Below are positions 10,400-18,294 of a stretch of 64,000 nucleotides of DNA, one piece after another. Both the position numbers and the translations under genes were made by a program. The stretch is from a virus: positions 1-64,000 of IMG/VR virus record IMGVR_UViG_3300021178_000001; one strand, written 5' to 3'. The first letter of the stretch is position 1, and each line of letters starts with the position of its first letter. The notes beneath the pieces were generated by a model. The model saw only the letters and a list, made by a program, of their open reading frames with translations, did not search any database and was not told where the DNA came from.

Positions 10400-11791
10400 T
10401 CACGACAGCTCGTCGTCTAACTCGTTCTTTTTCTTCATCTTGTCTAGTCCCTTGTTCTGCACTAAACGAACCCCCATCTTAGTCAAGCCTACAGACTCCG
10501 CTATTTGCTGGAGGGTCATCTCTTCGTGAGGCTCTCCGATGCCGAAACGCAACCGGATGATCTTCTCAGTGCGAGGCGGCAAGGTGCCCAATATTTGACG
10601 GATCTTCTCGCGCAGCAGTTTTTTAGCGGTCAAGTTGAACGGATTCTCGGTGCCGTCCGAAGGCAACACGTCCAGCATCGTCACGCCGGTAGACATCTCG
10701 TCCTCGATCCCGACCTTGTGCACCGCGATTTGATCTAGTCGCTCCAAGACTTCGACCGTAACCTTGGCCTTGACCGCGATCTCTTCTTTCGAGGGAGTTC
10801 GGCCGAGTTCGTTCGTAAGCTTAGTCACGATAGTCGAAAGTTGAGTCTGCAAGAACTCGATGTGAGTCGGGATGCGAACCGTTTTGGACTTGTTCGAGAT
10901 GGCGCGGCGAATGGTCTGGTCGATCCACCAAGTCGCATGGGTGCCGATCTTGGCGCCGCGAGTCGGATCGTGCTTGTTGATGGCTTTAATCAAGCCGATG
11001 TTACCCTCTTGGACCAAGTCGTCGAAGTCGAGTCCCCGGTTCGAGAACTTCTTGGCCCTCGAAATCACCAACCTCAAGTTGCGGCGAATCAGCTCGTCTT
11101 TAAACTTCTTCATCTCGGTTTCGGAGACCGTGATCGACGTGTACAGCTTCTTCACTTCGGCAAAGTTTTCCTTCGAGATGCCAGAGTTCTCTATGACCTT
11201 GAGTGACGCCGCGTGCTCGACGCACTCGTGGACTCGAGCCATCAGGCGCTGTTCCGTCGTCTCGAACTTGCGCACGAAGTAAGTCTTGGCCACGTCGCTG
11301 GTCTTGAGGTTTTCTACGAGTCCCAAGAGGTCCGAGTGAGTCGTCAGCTCAAAGTACCGCAGCAGCTCGACCAGCTTGCGCTCGTAGTCGTTGACGGCGG
11401 AGAACTTCTTCTTGATCTGAGAGACTAGAGCGTGGATGAGAGTGCTGGACAACGACACGGCGGCCAAGTGAGTGTCGATCTCGGACTGGACGAGGTCGTC
11501 TTCCAAGGAGTCGACCAACCGGCTGAAGGAGGACGAGACGGAAGCCACTTCGGTTTTGCTCGACTCGTCGTTCAAGCGCCTCGAAATCTTCACGATGTCC
11601 TCGAGACTCTGAGACTTCAATAGTTCCAAGAGTTCGTTCTTGAAGAACTGCGACGATGCGCACTCGTGCAAGATCTTGTTCTGCCGGGTCTCGATGTTGT
11701 TCAAGAGAACGTCTTCCTCATTTCTGGTGAGTAAGGGAGTCTCGTGGAGCTGCGACAAGTAAAACTTAAGGCTAGAGTCTTGATGGTCCAA
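10400..11791 (-). CDS. RpoD-like sigma70-family RNA polymerase sigma factor
   Basis: Region 1.2 (LKFYL...PLLT..EE), long non-conserved region, region 2 (NLRLVIS.AKK...RGL...DLVQEGNIGL...ATWWI), region 3 (TVRIP) and region 4 HTH. Confidence 0.92.
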   Translation of the reverse strand: MDHQDSSLKFYLSQLHETPLLTRNEEDVLLNNIETRQNKILHECASSQFFKNELLELLKSQSLEDIVKISRRLNDESSKTEVASVSSSFSRLVDSLEDDLVQSEIDTHLAAVSLSSTLIHALVSQIKKKFSAVNDYERKLVELLRYFELTTHSDLLGLVENLKTSDVAKTYFVRKFETTEQRLMARVHECVEHAASLKVIENSGISKENFAEVKKLYTSITVSETEMKKFKDELIRRNLRLVISRAKKFSNRGLDFDDLVQEGNIGLIKAINKHDPTRGAKIGTHATWWIDQTIRRAISNKSKTVRIPTHIEFLQTQLSTIVTKLTNELGRTPSKEEIAVKAKVTVEVLERLDQIAVHKVGIEDEMSTGVTMLDVLPSDGTENPFNLTAKKLLREKIRQILGTLPPRTEKIIRLRFGIGEPHEEMTLQQIAESVGLTKMGVRLVQNKGLDKMKKKNELDDELS

Positions 11792-11900
11792 ATTGGCCTC
11801 CGGCGACGTTGTGAGTACTTATAGATGGTACGTTGGACGTCGAACCGTGCACACGTTAAAATGAGTGTACTTGAAACTTTTATTTAGGTACGATTGACAG

Positions 11901-12338
11901 ATGAATCCAGAAAACAAGTGTGCTCATCTATATAACCAAGAAGTAGACGTCGACAAGATCACCATCGAAGAGATGTTTAAGATGCAACTGGCGCTCCAAG
12001 ACCACGTTTTGAAGACGAAGGGTCGAGGAATGGACTACCACTCGGCTTCGTTCGAAGAGCGGGTCGCTGACATAACCCGTCAGTGGCGCAACATCAACTG
12101 TGAGATGGCTGAGTTGATCGAGAGGCTCCCGTTCAAGGAGTGGAAAAACTATACTCCTGAACAAAAAGCAGGATTTACTTCCGAGGAACATCGACTTGAG
12201 GTACTGTATGAATACATCGACATTTGGCATTTTATAATGAACATTGGACTAGCACTAGGAGTAAACGGTGAAACATTCAAAAAGCTCTACGCGACTAAAA
12301 ACAAAGAAAATATCGACCGGCAAAACAGAGGGTATTAA
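11901..12338 (+). CDS. dCTPase/dUTPase of the dimeric all-alpha family (T4 gp56-like)
   Basis: N-terminal CAHL, MQ..LQ, E..EL, K.WK, EYIDIWHF and C-terminal KNKEN..RQ..GY. Confidence 0.8.
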   Translation: MNPENKCAHLYNQEVDVDKITIEEMFKMQLALQDHVLKTKGRGMDYHSASFEERVADITRQWRNINCEMAELIERLPFKEWKNYTPEQKAGFTSEEHRLEVLYEYIDIWHFIMNIGLALGVNGETFKKLYATKNKENIDRQNRGY

Positions 12339-12348
12339 GACGAAGCCA

Positions 12349-12834
12349 ATGGCTTTGCCGATCTACAACGGCGGAACAGGACGCACGGAATCCACAAATT
12401 TGTGGATTCCTATTCTTTGTATAATGAGTGTTGTAGGTATAGTAATTTTCAGTCTGTTAGTGTCTCATGGAACCCTTTATAGCAGCACTGGGGGAGTTGA
12501 AGTTGGAAACTGCTTCAAGCACGACTACTCCAGCGTGTTGGTTCACATAGACTCGATGCGCGGCGACGGCAACTACTACGTAGACTACACTTACGCAGAT
12601 TCCGGACAAAAAGAAGTGGGTACTAACACTCGCTCCAACACCAACCACACTAGCGACTACGACGAGTTCAACGGATTCAGGTCTGTGAACAAAACTCAAG
12701 TTAACTGCAGCGACTTCTATAGACTCAAGTACGACATTCAGATTAAGAATCTTCAAGACGGTCAAAAATTACTTCAAGGGCACTTAGACGACGCTCGTAC
12801 AGAAATCAACGTTTTGCAGAGGGAACATAAGTGA
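12349..12834 (+). CDS. Membrane-anchored hypothetical protein
   Basis: Probable ATG at 12349; one N-terminal TM segment and a C-terminal coiled coil. Confidence 0.55.
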   Translation: MALPIYNGGTGRTESTNLWIPILCIMSVVGIVIFSLLVSHGTLYSSTGGVEVGNCFKHDYSSVLVHIDSMRGDGNYYVDYTYADSGQKEVGTNTRSNTNHTSDYDEFNGFRSVNKTQVNCSDFYRLKYDIQIKNLQDGQKLLQGHLDDARTEINVLQREHK

Positions 12835-13388
12835 AGTCTTGGTACGAGATCTACTCCGAGAGGATGAACTCGAGGTACACTCAGCACGTCGCCGACAGAT
12901 ACGCGCCGTTCATTCAGGAGTTGTACGAAGTCAGAGCCACATCGGCGACTGAGATCGGCTGCGGCGCCGGAAACATCACTCGGATCTTGCGCGAGATGAA
13001 GGATTTGCCCGGATTTCATTACGGGTTGATCGATAGTTGTCCCAAGATGCTGAGTTTGGCCGTCGAAAACAACCAAGCTTTAAATTGTGCCTTCATGTGC
13101 GCCGATGTTAGAGAACTAATTCAGAGCGACGTAGACTTGATCCACTCTCACGGGTTGCTCGAACACTTCGACGATTCCGACATAAGACATATCGTGAAGA
13201 TGTGCCGAATGGCGAGTCCGATTCAGATCCACTACGTGCCCGGAATCAAGTACGAGAAGTCTTCTCGGGGTGACGAGCGGCTCATGGACGTAAGCGAGTG
13301 GGCTAACATCTTGCAGGGTTTAGGTAAGTTAACTGTTAAAACCTTCAACGACGGGTACGACTATATTTTAAGACTGGAGACGAGATGA
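12831..13388 (+). CDS. Class I SAM-dependent methyltransferase
   Basis: EIGCGAG motif I, acidic ID motif II, AD, and DLIHSHGLLEHF. Confidence 0.85.
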   Translation: MKSWYEIYSERMNSRYTQHVADRYAPFIQELYEVRATSATEIGCGAGNITRILREMKDLPGFHYGLIDSCPKMLSLAVENNQALNCAFMCADVRELIQSDVDLIHSHGLLEHFDDSDIRHIVKMCRMASPIQIHYVPGIKYEKSSRGDERLMDVSEWANILQGLGKLTVKTFNDGYDYILRLETR

Positions 13389-14170
13389 AAACTTACGAAA
13401 ATATCCATGATGCGTACGTCAACACTTTGGCAGACGTCTACGACAACCCGGACTATGTCGCCGAACCCCGCGGTCAGCGGACACGCGAAAAGCTCAACTA
13501 TCAGTTCTGTGTGACCGATCCAACTGTGGAGCCGATTCGCACCTTCGACTTGAAACGCAACGAAGTGATCAAAGACTATACTGCAAAAGAAATGGCGTTG
13601 TACGACTCGTGCACCGACGACGTCGAGGACTTCGCCGAAGCTTCTAAGTTCTGGCTGCGTTTGCAGAATCCCGACGGCACAGTGAACTCGGCTTATGGCG
13701 CTCTTATTTGGGAGAAGAAATCATACGGCAACCCGAATTTCGAGTTGGATAAAGAGATTAGAGAAGCAGCCGGACAGTATCCTGTAGAAGTTTGGCACGC
13801 AAAACGTACCCCGTGGCAGTGGTGCAAGGAATCTTTGCTCAAGGACAAAGACACTAGACAAGCCGTACTACACTTCAATTTACCAGAGCACGCTTGGGTT
13901 GGGGTGAAAGACTTTACTTGCACAATGTACGGAATTTTCTTAATACGCGATAACAAGATTAATCTAACAATATCAATGCGTTCAAACGATTTGACCCTTG
14001 GATTAGTTTATGATTTGAGCTGGTTTGTAAGTTTAATGTACAAGATGCGGGATGAACTTAAGGAAATGTATCCTGATTTAGGTATTGGAACTTACACACA
14101 TTTTGTGAATTCTCTCCATATTTACGACAGAGACCAAGAAAAGATCCTGAAGATGTTGGGGCGTGTCTGA
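13385..14170 (+). CDS. Thymidylate-synthase-fold enzyme of the dCMP hydroxymethylase type (T4 gp42-like)
   Basis: DTRQA, DFTCT, LIRD.KIN, MRSNDLTLGLVYD and SLHIY; Asp at the position that is Asn in dUMP-specific ThyA. Confidence 0.8.
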   Translation: MKTYENIHDAYVNTLADVYDNPDYVAEPRGQRTREKLNYQFCVTDPTVEPIRTFDLKRNEVIKDYTAKEMALYDSCTDDVEDFAEASKFWLRLQNPDGTVNSAYGALIWEKKSYGNPNFELDKEIREAAGQYPVEVWHAKRTPWQWCKESLLKDKDTRQAVLHFNLPEHAWVGVKDFTCTMYGIFLIRDNKINLTISMRSNDLTLGLVYDLSWFVSLMYKMRDELKEMYPDLGIGTYTHFVNSLHIYDRDQEKILKMLGRV

Positions 14171-14227
14171 AAAGATACAGTTTGCAATCTCTCTGATTCA
14201 ATTTAAAATAGATTTAAGAGGTGTCTC

Positions 14228-14443
14228 ATGGACTATCAAAAGAAAAATCTTAAGTTTGGTCAGAAAGTAAAGGTCATAAAGACAGCATCCAGTATGGATG
14301 ACCACGAAGGTACCATTAGCGGTTTAGCAATGATTCACATTTTTGACACATACATTGTGACTCTTGCATCGCCAAAAGATCTCGGTACTGGAGTGTTTCA
14401 ATCGTTCATAATGCCTGAAACATGTTTGGAGATTATAGAATGA
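14228..14443 (+). CDS. Small SH3-like hypothetical protein
   Basis: 71-aa ORF with GAGG RBS; LKFGQKVKV start. Confidence 0.55.
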   Translation: MDYQKKNLKFGQKVKVIKTASSMDDHEGTISGLAMIHIFDTYIVTLASPKDLGTGVFQSFIMPETCLEIIE

Positions 14444-14979
14444 GACCATCGACGCAATATTTGGTCGACGGAATAGATCGTTTGGGAAAATCGACTCTCA
14501 TTAAAAACTTGCAAGACGAGCTCGGGTATCATCTAGTAGTTCATTACGACAAACCAAAAAGACTTAAGGTGTACGAACACTTCGGTAGTGAAGCTTTATT
14601 CACTTATCAATATGAAGCGTATAAAACCATGTTCAACATGATCAATTGTGGCTTGCCTGTTATATTCGATCGAGCTCACTTGGGAGAAATGGTTTACGCT
14701 CCGATGTACCGCGGTTACGACGGTGACTATGTTCTAGACATAGAAAAAGAAGTCAACACTCGGGGAACTCGCCTCGTGCTTCTCACTACGTCAGACTTCT
14801 CGTTTCTCAAGGACGACGGTTTGTCCTTTGACTTCTCCAAGAAAGAAGCGGAACAAGCCTTGTTCATTCAAGCATTCCACAAGTCTTCGATCGCTGACAA
14901 ACTCATCGTGGACGTAAGCAACGGAAAAGGTTCGTATAAAACACCCGACCAGATTTTAGCCGAAGTCTTGAGAAAATAG
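14440..14979 (+). CDS. dNMP (thymidylate-kinase-like) kinase
   Basis: DGIDRLGKST P-loop and IFDRAHLGEMVY motif; ATG at 14440 overlaps the upstream stop. Confidence 0.85.
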   Translation: MRPSTQYLVDGIDRLGKSTLIKNLQDELGYHLVVHYDKPKRLKVYEHFGSEALFTYQYEAYKTMFNMINCGLPVIFDRAHLGEMVYAPMYRGYDGDYVLDIEKEVNTRGTRLVLLTTSDFSFLKDDGLSFDFSKKEAEQALFIQAFHKSSIADKLIVDVSNGKGSYKTPDQILAEVLRK

Positions 14980-15043
14980 TGTACGTTAGAGTTTGGTTGA
15001 GCTATAATGAATTAAGGTTACGAAACACATCCTTTAGGAGGGA

Positions 15044-15864
15044 TTGAAAATGGAAACAACTACACTTGTAGCAAGTCAAGAAACGAAGTCCAACGGAACG
15101 GGAACAGTTCCACAAACGGAGCAAAAGGACGCAGTTTTTGCTCTCGCACTCAGAGCTTTGGGTTCAAAACACGCGACGGGACAACCACTAAAGTCGCTCG
15201 TGACCAAAGAAGTCCGCAAGGCCATCCGCGTCGGATTGTACGAGGGCATCAAGGACGGCACGATCAAGTACTCGAAGGCCGGAAAGTCCGACGGACAACT
15301 CAAGAAGTACTGTTCTTCTTTGATCAACAACTGGCTCAAGAAAGATCCGCGCTTCAACTAGTATAATTTAACCATGAGCAAGAATCAAACTCAATCCGGT
15401 TTCTCTTACGAAGTCGGCGACAGAGTTCGAATTTGGACCATATTTAAACAGCCCGTTGGGTCGATACAAAAGATAACGGAAGAAGGATCGCTCAAAAAGT
15501 ACGAAGTGTACTACGTCTACCACGACGGAAGGTACTTCACGGACGTCTTTGACTTCGTTGATCTAACTCTAGTGGACCGACTGTACAACTGGGATCGCTG
15601 CACTTGCGGCAGCAATTCCGAGAAGCACTCGGACTACTGTTACAAGAAGACTAAGCTGAGAGGATGAAGATGGATACCTTAAAAAGATTGGGTCTAAAAG
15701 TGTTGGCGGCGATTGTTTCCGTGCTGTTCACCTCGTTCGTGACTTCTGTCACGGTCGGAGTGTTGAACCTACATGACTTCCGCTTAGTTGTGGCAGTGAT
15801 TATGGGAGCTCTAATGGTGACCCCATTTTATGAAATTTTGACGAGAGGCGAAGATTTAGAGTAG
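15044..15864 (+). CDS. Three small hypothetical genes (15044-15361; 15374-15667 with a CTCG...HSDYC motif; 15664-15864, two TM)
   Basis: ORF track; RBS, leaderless start or ATGA coupling. Confidence 0.6.
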
Positions 15865-15867
15865 AAT
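15838..15867 (+). promoter_or_regulatory. Sigma70-type promoter pointing into a non-coding region
   Basis: TTGACG (15838-15843), N18, TAGAAT (15862-15867). Confidence 0.65.
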
Positions 15868-15870
15868 TTG

Positions 15871-16160
15871 AGTGTCGCGGCGTTGATAATACTAGGCGGT
15901 CGGTGCGGTTGTACAGCTTCCCGACTTAGTAACAAGTTAATCCGACGCGACACTTAATCCCTGCACCTCTTCGGAGTTGTAGTCGGGAACGGTGATTCGA
16001 TCCGCTGGGGACTTGTTCTCGTTCGAGTCGAGCAATTGCCGTTCCTTACTAGGCACCTGTGCCCTTAACTGGGAATTAAAGTGCCGAAGAGCGCAACCTG
16101 CTCTGTGATTTCTAAGTTCGAACTTAGAGCGCCCAGTGGTTGGGTTGCTGCTAGCTTTTA
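15871..16160 (+). ncRNA. Candidate structured non-coding RNA of unknown family
   Basis: Many complementary segments, a C(UUCG)G tetraloop and T-loop-like hairpins; no credible + strand ORF; upstream promoter and downstream T/A-rich tract. Confidence 0.65.
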
Positions 16161-16307
16161 ATTTATTATCAAATACATGAGTGCGCACGCCTAATAATTT
16201 GAATGCCAAGTATTTAAATTTATTGAAACTCAACTTCGTAAATTTATATCAATTTCAAGAGTGTTCGCTCTTAATAATTCGACTTAACTTTCTGATACAA
16301 TTCCTAA

Positions 16308-17066
16308 ATGGACATCGAAGTTAAGTTAATAGCCGACGAGCTCGGAAAAGACCTGGAAAAAGCGGCTCCCCAAGTTCAAGCCGAGATCGAACGCGCCGTA
16401 GAAAACTTGGCGCACGCCGCTTACGCCGCCATCGTGGCTAAAATTCAGGGGATGTCCGCAGACCCCAAGAACCGCCAAGATTATCTAAAAGCTCTTAAGT
16501 TTCAAGATCTAGGCGACGCGACTTGGCTTATATACTTGGACGGAGAGTGGGCTTCTAAGCTCGAGGAAGGCTTCGGCCCGTACTCCATCAAGGACGTTCT
16601 CCTCAAGTCGACTAAGACTGTCCAAGTAGGCGCTAGAGCCGGGCTTCCTTGGGTTCGCAAGAACAAGCAAGGAAAAAAGTTCGCCAGCGTGCCGTTCGAG
16701 CACAAGCCGTTCTCGGGCGAGAAAATGTCGGGATCTTTAGCCGAAGACATCAAGAAGATTTTAGTCAAGAACCGAGCTGGTCAAGATCAGCCGATCACTA
16801 AGATCTTTCACGACTTGGGTGGGAAGCCGATCTCTGGTAAAGTCGCGACCGCCAACAACGTGGGCATAACTAATTTAGAGGGATTGACCAAGTACCAGTT
16901 CGTCCACGACTCGGGTAAAGTTTCGAGCGTTTACATGACTTACCGCACGGTTTCAGAAGACTCGACGGGATTTCAACACCCTGGACACAAAGGGTATCAG
17001 CTGTTCAAAGAAGCCGAACAATACGTTGAGTCCGAGATCAAGAACATACTCAATCAACTTCTCTAG
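16308..17066 (+). CDS. Virion morphogenesis (neck/tail-completion) protein
   Basis: Position before terminator and sheath genes; LEEG, VPFEH, YRTVS...HPG motifs typical of this gene class. Confidence 0.55.
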   Translation: MDIEVKLIADELGKDLEKAAPQVQAEIERAVENLAHAAYAAIVAKIQGMSADPKNRQDYLKALKFQDLGDATWLIYLDGEWASKLEEGFGPYSIKDVLLKSTKTVQVGARAGLPWVRKNKQGKKFASVPFEHKPFSGEKMSGSLAEDIKKILVKNRAGQDQPITKIFHDLGGKPISGKVATANNVGITNLEGLTKYQFVHDSGKVSSVYMTYRTVSEDSTGFQHPGHKGYQLFKEAEQYVESEIKNILNQLL

Positions 17067-17080
17067 GATATAATCTCAAA

Positions 17081-18016
17081 ATGGGCATTTCTTTACCTGA
17101 CTTAATCATAGAGTGCACGATTCGAGACGGCATAGAGTACTTGAAGGCTAACCCGTTAGTTCTTCAAGACATATTCTCGCCGTTGCTCAGCATGTACGCT
17201 TCCCGCAAGTACGGTCAAGCCGAAATCGACCGCATCAACTCTGTCTTACAGACCAAGACCATAGCGGTGGTTCACTCGTTTCACGAGGCGGAGGCTAAGT
17301 CCCCGTGCTACTCTATTCAACTAGGCTCTGAGGGCGAAGCCAAGGAACGAGCCAGAATCAACGACTTCGAGGCCGACGAGCAAGACACTCTGACGGGTTC
17401 TGCGCTACTCCCGTACGTCAAGATCAGCTCTTTGACTCCCACGGCTTACGACCCTCTGACGGGCAAAGTGTCGGTCTCCGACTCGGCCGACATGTCCATA
17501 GTCAACCATAAGTACATCTTCACGGACGGAGCCGACGTCGAGTTCGAGATCCAGCGCGGGTTCTCGAACGTTCCCGGCAACAAGTTCTTCTTCATCCTGA
17601 AACAACAGGTCGTGGACATAGTGCATCCCGGATCAATAAAGAGCTTCATAAACTACTCCCAGCACGAAGTTAAGAGCTACACTAGTCAAGTCAACATTTT
17701 GGTCGGAGTCCACTCCAAAGACGCGCTCTTGACCAAGTACTTGTACGTGATCCTTAAGTACATAATGGCCTCGCGGAAGCACGACTTAATTCAGCGCGGG
17801 ATGCTCAACTCGTCTTTTCAAGGGTCGGACTTCACCCGCGACTTGAGGTACGAGGGCGACATGGTCTTCACTAGGTTCTTCACCGTCTCGGGTCAGATAG
17901 ACGACTCTTGGCGCTCGGACAACGTGGACCTCGTCGACGCCGTTCAACTCAACTTACAGCCCGTAGATTTCGGGGAAGAGACCTCCGGGGACGACGAGAG
18001 CATTCCGGAGGACTAG
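17081..18016 (+). CDS. Probable tail terminator/neck protein
   Basis: Synteny immediately upstream of the sheath; 311 aa. Confidence 0.5.
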   Translation: MGISLPDLIIECTIRDGIEYLKANPLVLQDIFSPLLSMYASRKYGQAEIDRINSVLQTKTIAVVHSFHEAEAKSPCYSIQLGSEGEAKERARINDFEADEQDTLTGSALLPYVKISSLTPTAYDPLTGKVSVSDSADMSIVNHKYIFTDGADVEFEIQRGFSNVPGNKFFFILKQQVVDIVHPGSIKSFINYSQHEVKSYTSQVNILVGVHSKDALLTKYLYVILKYIMASRKHDLIQRGMLNSSFQGSDFTRDLRYEGDMVFTRFFTVSGQIDDSWRSDNVDLVDAVQLNLQPVDFGEETSGDDESIPED

Positions 18017-18054
18017 TCCAAGAGTTTATTGGCTAGTTTCGGTATAATTGAGCT

Positions 18055-18282
18055 ATGGAAAATAAGCGCCAAAAGAAATTACGCGCTCAGGTTTCCGAAG
18101 ATTCGAGTGAGAGCAAAAAGTTAAGTCAAGAGATTCCGTTCGAGCTCTTCTTCGCCAAGTGCGTGTTCGAGGGAAAACTCAAGTATTGGCAAAGAAAAGA
18201 GATCTTTGCGTTCTTCAAAGACATGAACTTGAGAGAAAAAGAAGACCTGACCACTTACGAAGCGACGCTCGAAAAGTTTTAA
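18055..18282 (+). CDS. Small hypothetical protein preceding the sheath
   Basis: ORF with TATAAT-N6-ATG start. Confidence 0.6.
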   Translation: MENKRQKKLRAQVSEDSSESKKLSQEIPFELFFAKCVFEGKLKYWQRKEIFAFFKDMNLREKEDLTTYEATLEKF

Positions 18283-18294
18283 TAGGAGAAACCA

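Noticed and set aside
13385-14170. Ordinary thymidylate synthase thyA
   Set aside because: Asp rather than Asn at the specificity site, gp42-like motifs, an adjacent dCTPase, and a separate thyX.
15960-16140. Possible tRNA or tmRNA genes (TTCGA loops, CCA near 16133)
   Set aside because: I could not build acceptor, D and anticodon arms at correct spacing, and there are no tmRNA terminal sequences.
15937-16233. 98-aa minus-strand ORF
   Set aside because: TTG start without RBS, no recognisable motif and atypical codon usage. The region is better explained as a + strand structured RNA.
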